DNA from: a bacterium
GTDB taxonomy: Bacteria; RUG730
Assembly (NCBI GenBank): GCA_031551405.1
Contig: JAVBNQ010000006.1
Coordinates: forward strand, 62,001-119,628
Reading direction: 5' to 3'
DNA length: 57,628 bases
A program made the translations under genes and the position numbers. Within the stretch, counting starts at the first letter, position 1. Each line of letters begins with the position of its first letter. Below are positions 1 to 10,414 of the stretch, piece after piece. The notes beneath the pieces are model-generated. The model was not told the origin of the DNA and searched no databases. It saw only the letters and a program-made list of their open reading frames with translations.

Positions 1-9
1 AAACTTATT

Positions 10-687
10 TTGAAAAAAACGTATAAAGAGTCCATAAAAAAGTTTTTTGTTGAAATTTTAGATTGGGTTAATACGGCTCTCGGCGCTCTGATGATCGCGT
101 TTTTGGTGATGTATTTTGTGTTTCAAGCATTCAAAATTCCGTCTGAGTCGATGCTAAACACAATGCGGATTGGCGATCATTTGTTCGTGAATAAATTTGT
201 TTTTGGAACGAGGCTCCCTGTTCTCTCGACGAATCAGACCGGAAGCGGAGTGAAAATCGGAAATAAATATTTTAATGTGAAAATGAAACGGTTCTTCGTG
301 AAAAAAGAGCCGAAACGAGGAGAGATGATCGTTTTTGCGTTTCCTGAAGACACGTCGAAAGATTTTATAAAAAGATGTATTGGGCTTTCGGGTGATAAAA
401 TTGAGATTGTCGATAAAGTTTTATATGTTAACGACGTGAAACAAGACGAGCCTTATGTAATTCACACTGACGATAGGATTTTTAAGAAAGAGGCTTTTGT
501 TCCGTCTAATTTTATCAAACGTGATAATTTCGGGCCGGTGATTGTGCCAAAGGATACGTATTTTGTTATGGGTGATAACAGAGACAATAGTTATGATTCG
601 AGATTTTGGGGTTTTCTCGATAAAAATTATTTGAAAGGAAAACCTGCGATGGTTTTTTGGCCGCTCAAGCGAATTAGATTTGTGTGA
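10..687 (+). CDS. lepB: Signal peptidase I (start uncertain; frame is open to the window edge)
   Basis: IPSESM catalytic Ser box, GDHLFVNK, FIKRCIG catalytic Lys, GDNRDNSYDSR; N-terminal TM helix. Confidence 0.95.
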   Translation: MKKTYKESIKKFFVEILDWVNTALGALMIAFLVMYFVFQAFKIPSESMLNTMRIGDHLFVNKFVFGTRLPVLSTNQTGSGVKIGNKYFNVKMKRFFVKKEPKRGEMIVFAFPEDTSKDFIKRCIGLSGDKIEIVDKVLYVNDVKQDEPYVIHTDDRIFKKEAFVPSNFIKRDNFGPVIVPKDTYFVMGDNRDNSYDSRFWGFLDKNYLKGKPAMVFWPLKRIRFV

Positions 688-767
688 AAGTCATTCAGAC
701 CGGGAATGAAGTTCCGATTCAAAGTTGTTAAGCAAAATTATACGTCGCAAAATGCTTGAGGCTCCGA

Positions 768-1913
768 ATGAAAGCTTTTAAAGGACTTTATATTCACATT
801 CCTTTTTGTAAAAGCAAATGTATTTATTGTGATTTTTTATCGTTTTCCAGTGATGAAAAAGTTGACGAATATTTGAAAAGTTTAGTGTTTGAAGCTAGGT
901 TTTATGAAGGCGAGAAAATTTTCACGCTTTTTATTGGCGGCGGAACTCCGTCTCTTTTGAATGTTAAACAACTGCGGTTTTTAATCTCAGGAATTTCAAA
1001 AATTTTTGACTTTTCTGAGCTTGAGGAATTCACGATCGAGGCAAATCCCGAGAGCTTGGACGCGCAAAAGATTGAGTTTTTGACTGATAACGAATTTTTG
1101 AAAGTAACGCGTTTTAGCCTCGGACTTCAGGCTTTTGACGATGAGATTTTGCAAAAAATCGGTAGGCTTTACACTTACAAATTTTTTACGCAAAAATTGA
1201 AAGAATTGCGCGATTTTGGCGCGAAAAACATAAATGTGGACTTGATTGCGGGCTGGAATTTTGGCGGCTACAATAAAGCTTTTTTGAAGAAATTTGACGA
1301 ATTTCTTGGGAAATTTTATCCGGAACATCTTTCGCTTTATTTGCTGACGATAGCAGAAAATACGAAATTGCAAGACATGATTTGTTCTGAAAAATATATG
1401 GAGCTTGATCCGGATTCAATGATTGATTTGTTCCACGCGTCGCTAGATTTACTAAAAAGCAAAAATTATTCACACTACGAAATTTCGAATTTTGCGAGAA
1501 ATGGAAATTTTTGTAAGCATAACTTGGGATATTGGAAGCGACGAGACTACATTGGGCTTGGGCTTGGAAGTTCTGGATTTTTGCAAGGCGTTCGTTATAA
1601 GAATCCGAATTTTTTCCCTGATTATTTTGAGATGGTTCGTTCGAAAAATTTTGAAAAATATCGAGAGATCGAAGTTTTAAGTGAAAAAGAAAATTTTGAG
1701 GAATATGTAATGCTAGGACTCAGGTTGCTTTATGTCGGAATAGATTTGGATTTTATTCGAGAAAATTTTACGATTAACTTTGAAAAATTCTACGAAAAAA
1801 TTCGTTTTTTTGAAAACGAAAAATATTTGATTAGGCAGAAAAATAAAATCTTGATGACCGAAAAAGGAATCTGTTTGCAAAATTCTTTGTTGACTGAAAT
1901 TTTAGAAATTTAA
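768..1913 (+). CDS. hemW: Radical SAM heme chaperone HemW / HemN-like protein
   Basis: LYIHIPFCKSKCIYCDF (CxxxCxxC), GGGTPS, TIEANP, HYEISNF; ATG at 768 preferred over TTG at 756. Confidence 0.9.
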   Translation: MKAFKGLYIHIPFCKSKCIYCDFLSFSSDEKVDEYLKSLVFEARFYEGEKIFTLFIGGGTPSLLNVKQLRFLISGISKIFDFSELEEFTIEANPESLDAQKIEFLTDNEFLKVTRFSLGLQAFDDEILQKIGRLYTYKFFTQKLKELRDFGAKNINVDLIAGWNFGGYNKAFLKKFDEFLGKFYPEHLSLYLLTIAENTKLQDMICSEKYMELDPDSMIDLFHASLDLLKSKNYSHYEISNFARNGNFCKHNLGYWKRRDYIGLGLGSSGFLQGVRYKNPNFFPDYFEMVRSKNFEKYREIEVLSEKENFEEYVMLGLRLLYVGIDLDFIRENFTINFEKFYEKIRFFENEKYLIRQKNKILMTEKGICLQNSLLTEILEI

Positions 1914-1955
1914 GCTTTGTAATTATACGAGGCAATTTATTAAAAGGATAAAAAG

Positions 1956-2606
1956 ATGATAGTAAAAGAAGGTTTGTTAATAATCAAGTTTTTTGTATTT
2001 TTTTCGCTTGGATTGTTCATTTTAGCGAATTTTTTCAAGATAGATTTTTTTTATTTTTTAATGATTTTATGTTTGCTCTTTGCGTTATTCTCATGCTATT
2101 TTTTCAGGAATCCGAATCGAAAAATTCAAGCAAATTCAAACGAAATACAATCTCCTTGCGACGGAACCGTGATGGAAATTACTGAAGAATTTAATGAAGT
2201 TTTAAATGAAGATTGTAAAGTGGTTCGTGTATTTTTGTCCGTTTTTAACGTCCACGTTCAGAGAGCGCCGATAGCCGGAAAAATTTCGTTAGTTAATTAC
2301 AAAAAAGGTAAATTTTTGCCGGCAATGAACAAAGAAGCTCACATTCAAAACGAGCAGAATTTGGTTGTTTTTAATGATGAGGCGATGGGAAGAAAAATTT
2401 TGTGTATTCAAATTGCCGGGCTGATCGCTCGAAAAATCGTAATGTGGAAAAAAATTCACGACGACTTGAAATTGGGCGAATTATACGGAATGATAAAATT
2501 TGGCTCGCAAGTTGATATTTATATGCCAAAAAATGTCAAAATTTTAGTTAAAAAAGATCAAAAAATTCTTGGCGGACTAACGACGATTGCCGAGTGGGAG
2601 CAGTAA
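1956..2606 (+). CDS. psd: Phosphatidylserine decarboxylase proenzyme
   Basis: FFRNP, SPCDG, FNVHVQRAP, KFGSQVD self-cleavage motif; adjacent to pssA. Confidence 0.93.
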   Translation: MIVKEGLLIIKFFVFFSLGLFILANFFKIDFFYFLMILCLLFALFSCYFFRNPNRKIQANSNEIQSPCDGTVMEITEEFNEVLNEDCKVVRVFLSVFNVHVQRAPIAGKISLVNYKKGKFLPAMNKEAHIQNEQNLVVFNDEAMGRKILCIQIAGLIARKIVMWKKIHDDLKLGELYGMIKFGSQVDIYMPKNVKILVKKDQKILGGLTTIAEWEQ

Positions 2607-3382
2607 TGTTAAAAAAAGGAATTTATGTTTTGCCTAGCATGTTTACACTCGGAAACCTGGCAATGGGTTTTTTGTCAATAATTTCAGCAAGCACAGGGCA
2701 TTATACTCCGGCAGCTTGGTTTATCGTTTCAGCCGGAGTATTTGATGCTCTCGACGGAAGAATCGCTCGACTCACGAAAACTACCAGCAATTTTGGCGTT
2801 GAATTAGACTCGCTTTGTGATATAGTTTCATTTGGAATCGCACCCGGGTTTTTAATTTACAAATTCGTCCTATTCAAATACGGAAAGTGGGGGATAATAA
2901 TCTCACTTTTGTACGTCATCGCAGCGGCATTGCGTCTTGCGAGATTTAATTCGATGACTCTTAAAGACGAGGAAGATAAATATTTTTTTAAAGGGTTACC
3001 GACTCCGGCTGCAGCGAATATTATCACGTCGTTTGTTTTGATTGACAATTTGATCGATAATAACATCACAAAAAAAATTATCCCTCTCATTATGAAAAAA
3101 TTTTACGTTCTTTATAATTTGCTGCCGCTTTTAATCCTCTTGGTTGCCTACGCGATGGTCAGCAACATCAGCTACATGAGTCTGAAAAATCTCAAGCTTG
3201 GCAAAGCTAAAACTTTTCGCGAAATAATTCTGCTTTGTATAGGAATCGCCTTGATTTTCCGTTACCCTGAGAATATGCTTTTCATAATATTTTTACTATA
3301 TTTTTTGTCCGGGATTTTAGATATTTTCAAAAAAATTTCAAAAATGTCGCAAAAAATAAAAAAAATTAAAAAACTAGATTAA
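2606..3382 (+). CDS. pssA: CDP-diacylglycerol--serine O-phosphatidyltransferase
   Basis: DALDGRIAR...FGVELDSLCD CDP-alcohol phosphatidyltransferase motif, RLARFN, FKGLP; TAATG stop/start overlap with psd. Confidence 0.93.
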   Translation: MLKKGIYVLPSMFTLGNLAMGFLSIISASTGHYTPAAWFIVSAGVFDALDGRIARLTKTTSNFGVELDSLCDIVSFGIAPGFLIYKFVLFKYGKWGIIISLLYVIAAALRLARFNSMTLKDEEDKYFFKGLPTPAAANIITSFVLIDNLIDNNITKKIIPLIMKKFYVLYNLLPLLILLVAYAMVSNISYMSLKNLKLGKAKTFREIILLCIGIALIFRYPENMLFIIFLLYFLSGILDIFKKISKMSQKIKKIKKLD

Positions 3383-3408
3383 ACTTTCAAGGATTTACGA
3401 GGTAAAAA

Positions 3409-4923
3409 ATGGAGAAAATTTATATATTTGATACAACGCTTCGCGACGGAGAACAATGTCCCGGCGCGAGCCTGAATATTACTGAAAAAATAGAAATTGC
3501 AAAGGCTTTGGAAGCATTAAAAGTCGATGTGATTGAAGCAGGTTTCCCGATTTCTTCGCCAGGAGATTTCGAAGCAGTAAAAAAAGTTTCAGAGCTCATT
3601 ACCGAGGCCACGATCGCAGGACTCGCAAGAGCAATCGAAAAAGACATCGATGCTTGCGTAGAAGCTTTAAAACCTGCTAAAAAAAAGCGAGTGCATATTT
3701 TTCTTGCGACATCAGATATTCATTTGAAATACAAGCTGAAAATGTCTCGTGAAGAAGTTTTGGAGACTGCGGCAAAAGCTATAAAATACGCAAAAAAATT
3801 TGGAATTGAAGTCGAATTTTCTGCCGAGGATGCATCGAGATCAGATTTCGCTTTTTTGTGTCAAGTCGTAGAAACAGCGATAGAAAGCGGCGCTAGCGTC
3901 ATCAATATTCCGGATACAGTCGGATATGCATTGCCGGTTGAATACGGGAATTTGATTTTATCTCTCAAAAATAGTGTTTCGAATATTGACAAAGCGATTT
4001 TGAGCGTGCATTGTCATAACGATCTCGGACTCGGCGTAGCGAATAGCCTTGCTGCTGTAGCGAGTGGAGCTAGACAAATCGAATGCACAATAAATGGTCT
4101 TGGCGAACGCGCCGGAAATGCGGCTCTCGAGGAAATTGTGATGGCTATTAAAACGCGGCAGGGCAGTTTCACAGCGACGACAAATATTGACACAAAAAAA
4201 ATCTACAAAACTTCGAGGCTCGTGAGTAATTTGACCGGGCTTAGTTTGCAGCGAAATAAAGCGATTGTGGGGCTGAATGCGTTTGCTCACGAATCCGGGA
4301 TTCATCAGCACGGAGTTTTGGAAAATCCGTTGACGTACGAGATTATGACGCCTGAATCGATTGGTCTTGAACAAAATAGTCTTGTGCTCGGTAAACACTC
4401 CGGCAGACACGCTTTTATTGACAAGCTCAAAAAAATGGGATATGACTTTGAATCTGAAAAAATAAACGATATGTTTGCGAAATTTAAGGAGTTGTGCGAT
4501 AAGAAAAAGGAGATTTTCGATGAAGACATAGAAGCGTTGATTGACGAGGAAATGATCGATAAAAACCAAAACATTTTGAAGCTTTTGTATTTTAACGTTA
4601 TGAGTGGCGACCACGCAATTCCGACAGCGACAGTGAAACTCAGCAAAAAAATTACGGATTCAGGTGATGAAATTTTGCAAGAGGCGGCTTGTGGAGACGG
4701 GCCTATTGACGCGATTTATCGTGCGGTAGACAAGATTTTGGGATTAAGCGTCAAACTTGAAGACTATAAAATTCGAGCAATTTCAGTTGGGAAAGATGCA
4801 TTAGGCGAAGTGAGCGTGAAAATTTCAGATCAAACGAAAACTGTTTTTGGAAAAGGCGTTTCTACGGATATTGTTGAAGCAAGTCTAAAAGCTTATATCG
4901 ACGCAATGAATAAAATTTTGTAG
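3409..4923 (+). CDS. leuA: 2-isopropylmalate synthase
   Basis: FDTTLRDGEQ, HCHNDLG, NGLGERAGN, AHESGIHQ, C-terminal regulatory domain (GDGPIDA). Confidence 0.97.
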   Translation: MEKIYIFDTTLRDGEQCPGASLNITEKIEIAKALEALKVDVIEAGFPISSPGDFEAVKKVSELITEATIAGLARAIEKDIDACVEALKPAKKKRVHIFLATSDIHLKYKLKMSREEVLETAAKAIKYAKKFGIEVEFSAEDASRSDFAFLCQVVETAIESGASVINIPDTVGYALPVEYGNLILSLKNSVSNIDKAILSVHCHNDLGLGVANSLAAVASGARQIECTINGLGERAGNAALEEIVMAIKTRQGSFTATTNIDTKKIYKTSRLVSNLTGLSLQRNKAIVGLNAFAHESGIHQHGVLENPLTYEIMTPESIGLEQNSLVLGKHSGRHAFIDKLKKMGYDFESEKINDMFAKFKELCDKKKEIFDEDIEALIDEEMIDKNQNILKLLYFNVMSGDHAIPTATVKLSKKITDSGDEILQEAACGDGPIDAIYRAVDKILGLSVKLEDYKIRAISVGKDALGEVSVKISDQTKTVFGKGVSTDIVEASLKAYIDAMNKIL

Positions 4924-5033
4924 GAAGATTTTTTTACTTTATGGTGGAATTTTGAAAAATTTGCAAAGCAGATTTACAAATTAAAAAAAGAAAAAAATTT
5001 GAAAATTTTGTCTAGAAAAAATTAGGAGTAAGC

Positions 5034-7814
5034 ATGGAAAATATTTTTGATGTAAAAAAGTACAACATTATCAGCGAATTAAATGTTTACGATAAAATCA
5101 ACTCTAAGCTTAATGAAAAAATGATTTCTTTTTACAAATGCAGAGAGAATCAAGATAAGATTTTATCTTTATATAATACTACAGAAAAATTTCAGCACGT
5201 TTATATCGATTTATCGAAAAAGCATATTTTGGAAAAAGAGAAAATTTATATATTCTACAATGTTTTGTGTGATGAATTCTTCATCAGATGCGGAAAATCT
5301 ATTTTAAAAAACGGCTTTGAGATTCTAGTAGAGCCGAATGAACTCAGTTGTTATAAAATTATTGAATGTGAGACGCAAAACAAAAATATTTGCAAAATTT
5401 TTGAACTTTTTACAAAACATTTACCGCTTTCCGCAAATTTTATTTCCAAAAATATTGTTAAATTTGAGGCACTGGATTTAATCTCAAACGAAATTTTAAT
5501 TGAGCTTTTGGGGCATTTGCTTTTTACGTATAAATCAGATTTTTCGATTCAAAATAGTTTTTCTTTGAAACCGTTTTTTTTGCGAAAGGAGAAAAACGAT
5601 TATTTTTTCATCTCAAACGATTCGTCAGAGACGAAGTGCGAAATTATCAGGTCAAATTATTTCACCTTACCAAAAGATAAAAATCTAGACGCTAAAAATA
5701 TTTTTGTGCTACTCAAAGATTTGTTTACAAATCAAATTTATGTCAGGAGAATTACTGAGCTTGAAAATTCCGGACTTTATGTTTGTCTTGAGCCTTTAAA
5801 TCTGCATTTGTTCCAAATCAAAAAAGTTTGCGATAATGAGATAAATATTTTGGCTATGCTTCACGAGAGACTTGATTACAAAGGTTTTAAATCGAATGAA
5901 TTGTTTGACTCGATTTTTTCGAATAACGAGGATTTTGTCGATGCGAACGAATATTTTTTAACTAAAACAGAAAAAGGCAAAAATTTGACTTGGATTCAAA
6001 AAAATATTCCGGAGCTTAGTGGCGAAAAAATAGTTTACATGTGCATGGAAATGTTTATTCCAGAGTTTTACGAGCAGACAAATCAGAATGCAAAATATAA
6101 TGGAGCAGTTGACGCGAATTTTAGCGGCGGGCTTGGAATTTTGGCTGGCTGCACGATGGAGGGTTTTGCGAATATTGGACTCGATTCTTGCGCGATTATT
6201 CCGCTCTACAAAAGACGAAGACTCCAGACAATAGACGAGAATTTGAATCAAGTGATTTACGAGGAAGAAATCGATTACGGCCTTAACAAAAATTTATGCA
6301 AAGTTCTAAATGACGAGACCGGAGAGCAGCTTGAAATCAGCGTTTACATTGACAACAAAAAATATACAGTCAAAATCTGGGAAATTTTCCGAGGAGGAAG
6401 CCGCGTTTTTTTATTGGATGAGCCGAACGTATTTGATATTTTGTACACTGGTGATAGAAATCAGCGACTTTTGCAGGAAATTTTGATAGGTAAGGTTACA
6501 CCGTTCCTTCTTAAAATTTTGCGGATTAAGCCTGCTATTTTACATTTAAACGAGGCTCACGCGGTTTTGGCTGCTGTGAATATCCGTGAATGGAAAAACA
6601 TGAATTTAGGAGATGATTTCTTTGAAAATACGCGAGTATTGTTCACGATTCATACTCCGAGACCTGCAGGAATGGAAGTTTTTTTTGTGAATTTTTATAA
6701 GCTCGAGATTCCGTATTCTTACAAAAATCTTTTTGATCCTACGAATTCTGGCAAAATGGATTTCACAAATGTAGCTGTCGAGATCTCAGATAGAGTCAAT
6801 ACAGTTTCTAACAATCAAATTCGAATAGTGAAAGAAAGAATTATCAAAGATCCAAAATTTCACGGAAAAATTATCGGGATTTTGAACGGAACTTCGAAAA
6901 GCTATTGGATTTCTGAAAACACAAAAGAGCTCTTGCAAAAGTCGTTTTTGGATCCGGTCGAAATTTGGGAAATGCACAAAAAAGACAAGGAAAAAGTTGC
7001 CTGTAAAATGCTTGAGATTTTTGAACGAGAGGGCATAAAAAAAACACTTGAGTTAGACAAAAACGTTAATTTGCATCTTGATCCGAGGAAACCGAGTGCG
7101 TGGGCTGCTAGGCGAATCGTAGACTACAAAAATCAGTGGCCATTTTTGAAAGACATAATTAGAGTCGTTTGTACTGAGAAAGGGCAGAAGATTGAGACGA
7201 ATTTCGGTGAACGCGAAGGCTTGGGATTTCAAGTCGTGATGGGCGGAGTTGCACATCCTAACGATGCTACGAGTCAAATTTGGATTCGCGAATTCTTGCA
7301 TTGGATGAAAGGTTTGTGGAGAGATGATTTGAGTAAAGACTACACGAGCGTGCCTGAGCTAGTCGGGAATTTCTTTTTCATTCCATCATACAACGAAGGA
7401 CTTGGGCAAATTCTGAAGATGTCAGCTTTAGCTTGCGACGTTTGTCTCGAGATTCCAATGTGGGACGAGGAAGCCTGCGGAACCAGTGGAATGCGAGCAA
7501 TGTCTAATGGAAATATTTGTATTGACTCGAGCGATGGTGCTTTGGAATGGCTCGAAGATCACAAAAACAGTTTGTTTTTGAAGCCTTATTCTCCGGCGAA
7601 GCTTCTAGAAAATTTACAGATTATTTCGAACTTGTATCATGACTTTCTCAATAAAGAATTGAAAAAGGAAGAGCTTGAGAGAGACGTTTTTCTGTTAATG
7701 AAAAAAGAGGCGATTTTGACTTACAAAAATATTTTGGACATTGACGTGATGGCTCAGAGATATGCTCGCGAAATGTTTTTTCCTGCTGATAAAATACGTA
7801 AATTTTTGTCGTGA
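5034..7814 (+). CDS. Alpha-glucan phosphorylase (GT35)-like protein with N-terminal extension; PLP lysine replaced by Arg
   Basis: FSGGLGILAG, RLLQEILIG, LHLNEAH, FTIHTP..AG, ARRIVDYK, GVAHPND, EACGTSGMRAMSNG. Confidence 0.85.
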   Translation: MENIFDVKKYNIISELNVYDKINSKLNEKMISFYKCRENQDKILSLYNTTEKFQHVYIDLSKKHILEKEKIYIFYNVLCDEFFIRCGKSILKNGFEILVEPNELSCYKIIECETQNKNICKIFELFTKHLPLSANFISKNIVKFEALDLISNEILIELLGHLLFTYKSDFSIQNSFSLKPFFLRKEKNDYFFISNDSSETKCEIIRSNYFTLPKDKNLDAKNIFVLLKDLFTNQIYVRRITELENSGLYVCLEPLNLHLFQIKKVCDNEINILAMLHERLDYKGFKSNELFDSIFSNNEDFVDANEYFLTKTEKGKNLTWIQKNIPELSGEKIVYMCMEMFIPEFYEQTNQNAKYNGAVDANFSGGLGILAGCTMEGFANIGLDSCAIIPLYKRRRLQTIDENLNQVIYEEEIDYGLNKNLCKVLNDETGEQLEISVYIDNKKYTVKIWEIFRGGSRVFLLDEPNVFDILYTGDRNQRLLQEILIGKVTPFLLKILRIKPAILHLNEAHAVLAAVNIREWKNMNLGDDFFENTRVLFTIHTPRPAGMEVFFVNFYKLEIPYSYKNLFDPTNSGKMDFTNVAVEISDRVNTVSNNQIRIVKERIIKDPKFHGKIIGILNGTSKSYWISENTKELLQKSFLDPVEIWEMHKKDKEKVACKMLEIFEREGIKKTLELDKNVNLHLDPRKPSAWAARRIVDYKNQWPFLKDIIRVVCTEKGQKIETNFGEREGLGFQVVMGGVAHPNDATSQIWIREFLHWMKGLWRDDLSKDYTSVPELVGNFFFIPSYNEGLGQILKMSALACDVCLEIPMWDEEACGTSGMRAMSNGNICIDSSDGALEWLEDHKNSLFLKPYSPAKLLENLQIISNLYHDFLNKELKKEELERDVFLLMKKEAILTYKNILDIDVMAQRYAREMFFPADKIRKFLS

Positions 7815-9370
7815 GTTTTCGAGTGGATCCGAATAGCTGCAAACACAATGGCGATTGCGGGGCTTGCAATCTTAGAAATGTTGAATATCAAGAGCAGCTG
7901 TGTCTTAAGAAAGAACAAATAACCTCGCATTTTAGTGATTTAAAAGATAAAATTACTACTGGTATTCTCGAGAAACTTGAAATAATTCCAGCCAAAAGTT
8001 TGAATTTTTATCGTAACAAAATGGAGTTTACTTTTGGAATTTGCGATGAAAGTCCTGTCATTGGATTTAATAGAAAACAAAAATATAACGAAATAATCGA
8101 TTTGACTGACTGTTTAATGCAGTCGCCAAAAACTAATATTATTTTGCAAATTTTTCGTGATTGGATTAAAAAAAATGCCATCTCAATTTACAACAAAAAA
8201 ACGCGGCAAGGGCTACTTAGATTTTTGATAATTCGTCATAGTAAAACTAATGATAATTTTCTAATAAATTTGGTTGCGACTGAAAATCTCGACGTAAGCG
8301 AAGTTCTGCAGAATTTACGAGAAAAGTTAGATCTCAAAAGTTTTTTTGTAAGCATCACGAAAAATATTAGTGACACGGCTTTTAGTGACGAGAAATATTG
8401 CGTTTTTGGCGAAGATTTTATTGAAGAAAAAATTGGCGATGCTCGTTACAAGATCGGTGTTTACAGTTTTTTTCAAGTCAATCTCGAGCAAATACGTGAA
8501 GTTTACAAAATCATAGAAAATTGGCTCGAAAGCGAAGAAATTTTGCTGGATTTGTATTGCGGAGTAGGTGGATTTAGTCTTTATTTTTCGCGTTTTTTTG
8601 AGAAAACAATCGGGATTGAAATCAATCACGAAGCGATAAAACTTGCGAATGAGAATAAAGTTTTGAATAATGCAATTAATTGCGAGTTTTTTCTTGGAGA
8701 TGTGGAAGAAGTTTTGGGCGAGGATTTGTTGGATTTAACTAAAAAGACTTGTATGATAGTTGATCCTCCGAGGACTGGACTTGGAAAAGCGACGATAAAG
8801 AAGATTTTTGCGATTTTGCCGGACAAATTGATTTACGTTTCCTGCAATACAAAAACTATGGCCGAGGATTTCAAACTTTTGCTCTCCGGATACGATTGTC
8901 TCGATATAAGAGCTGTCGATATGTTCCCAAACACTGTACACGTCGAGGCCATTGCTTTTCTGATCCGAAAACCTGCAATTAATGTTTTGAGCACGAAAAA
9001 ATTCACTAATATTCCAAGCTGTATGAATTTGCTCAATTTGGCGGAATTCGATGCTGACGAGAGCTGGAAGACTTTACGAGCTAACAATGGTTTTTATAAA
9101 TTTATCGCGAAAATTTCTAACGAAAACCACGAAAACTTGAACATAAAAAAAATATTTTTGAGCGATAATATTTTGCTAAAATTTGATTTTTTAGATGGTG
9201 AATATAAGCACATTTCGAGATTTTTTAACGGACTTTTTGGAGCTGGTCTTTTTGTTTTAAAGTCAGAGATTACCGGCGAGGTTTTCAAATTTAAATTTGC
9301 TTTTCACAGAAACGAAAATAATGAAATTCAAGGTGTAATAAAATTAAGAGGGAAAAATGGGAAAAGCTAA
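7811..9370 (+). CDS. rlmD: 23S rRNA (uracil-5)-methyltransferase RlmD/TrmA family, with C-terminal extension
   Basis: CKHNGDCGAC Fe-S motif, YRNKMEF, SFFQVN, LDLYCGVG, VDPPRTG, YVSCN, DMFPNTVHVE. Confidence 0.88.
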   Translation: MSFRVDPNSCKHNGDCGACNLRNVEYQEQLCLKKEQITSHFSDLKDKITTGILEKLEIIPAKSLNFYRNKMEFTFGICDESPVIGFNRKQKYNEIIDLTDCLMQSPKTNIILQIFRDWIKKNAISIYNKKTRQGLLRFLIIRHSKTNDNFLINLVATENLDVSEVLQNLREKLDLKSFFVSITKNISDTAFSDEKYCVFGEDFIEEKIGDARYKIGVYSFFQVNLEQIREVYKIIENWLESEEILLDLYCGVGGFSLYFSRFFEKTIGIEINHEAIKLANENKVLNNAINCEFFLGDVEEVLGEDLLDLTKKTCMIVDPPRTGLGKATIKKIFAILPDKLIYVSCNTKTMAEDFKLLLSGYDCLDIRAVDMFPNTVHVEAIAFLIRKPAINVLSTKKFTNIPSCMNLLNLAEFDADESWKTLRANNGFYKFIAKISNENHENLNIKKIFLSDNILLKFDFLDGEYKHISRFFNGLFGAGLFVLKSEITGEVFKFKFAFHRNENNEIQGVIKLRGKNGKS

Positions 9371-10337
9371 AATAGTTGCGGTTGGCGCGTATTTGCCCGA
9401 GAAAATATTGACGAATTCTGAATTGGAAAAAATGGTAGAAACGAGCGACGAGTGGATTACACAGAGAACCGGAATTAAAGAAAGGCACATTGCAAAAGTC
9501 GACGAATTTACATCTGATATGGGAGCCTTGGCTGCAAAAGACGCACTCAAAAATGCAAATCTCGACGCTAGTCAGATCGACGTAATCATTTGTGCGACTA
9601 TTACTGGAGATTATTCAACTCCTGCGACTGCCTGTATAATTCAAAATATTTTAGGGGCAAAAAATGCGTTTGCTTTTGATATTTCTGCTGCATGTTCAGG
9701 TTTTATTTATGGCTTGAATTTGGCAGAAAAATTTATCTCGCAAGATCCATCGAAAATTGTCCTCGTCGTGGCTGCAGAAAAATTGTCGTCGATCACTGAT
9801 TGGCAGGATCGAACAACTTGTATTTTGTTTGGTGATGGAGCCGGAGCGGCGATCCTAAAAGCTTCTAATGATGAAAGTGGAATTTGCTCGTCGTATTTGA
9901 GGAGTGATGGTAGTTTGTACGACTATTTGATCGTGAAAGCCGGAGGAAGCAAATATCCTGCTAATCTTGAAACTGTCAATAATCGCGAGCATTTTTTGAG
10001 CATGAAGGGGAACGAAGTTTTTAAACACGCGGTTACAAAAATGTGCGATGCGGCGGAAAAAGTTCTTGATGAATCAAAATGGACTAAAGATGATTTGAAA
10101 TTGGTCTTTCCGCATCAAGCGAATCTTAGGATAATAGAAGCGATCCGAAAAAAATTTGATCTGGACGAGAGCAAAATGTTCATAAATCTGCACAAAATAG
10201 GGAACACGAGCGCGTCGACAATTCCAATTGCTTTAGCTGAGGCTTCGTCGAAAGGGTTTATTCAAAAAAATGACAAAATTCTTTTGGTCAGTTTTGGTGG
10301 CGGGTTTACGTGGGCAGGAATGACAATTGTTTGGTAG
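9357..10337 (+). CDS. fabH: 3-oxoacyl-ACP synthase III
   Basis: DEWITQRTGI, AACSGF catalytic Cys, LFGDGAGA, PHQANLRI, GNTSAS, FGGGFTW. Confidence 0.97.
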   Translation: MGKAKIVAVGAYLPEKILTNSELEKMVETSDEWITQRTGIKERHIAKVDEFTSDMGALAAKDALKNANLDASQIDVIICATITGDYSTPATACIIQNILGAKNAFAFDISAACSGFIYGLNLAEKFISQDPSKIVLVVAAEKLSSITDWQDRTTCILFGDGAGAAILKASNDESGICSSYLRSDGSLYDYLIVKAGGSKYPANLETVNNREHFLSMKGNEVFKHAVTKMCDAAEKVLDESKWTKDDLKLVFPHQANLRIIEAIRKKFDLDESKMFINLHKIGNTSASTIPIALAEASSKGFIQKNDKILLVSFGGGFTWAGMTIVW

Positions 10338-10414
10338 AAGCGTGATATTTTAAGTTTCACAGAATATAAAAAACTAATTTTCCTATATTGAACTGTTCAG
10401 AATTTACAGATTAT

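Noticed and set aside
3958..4614. 218-aa antisense ORF inside leuA, and the many similar shadow ORFs in the track
   Set aside because: Fully overlap well-supported genes and show no recognisable motifs; expected by-products of codon bias.
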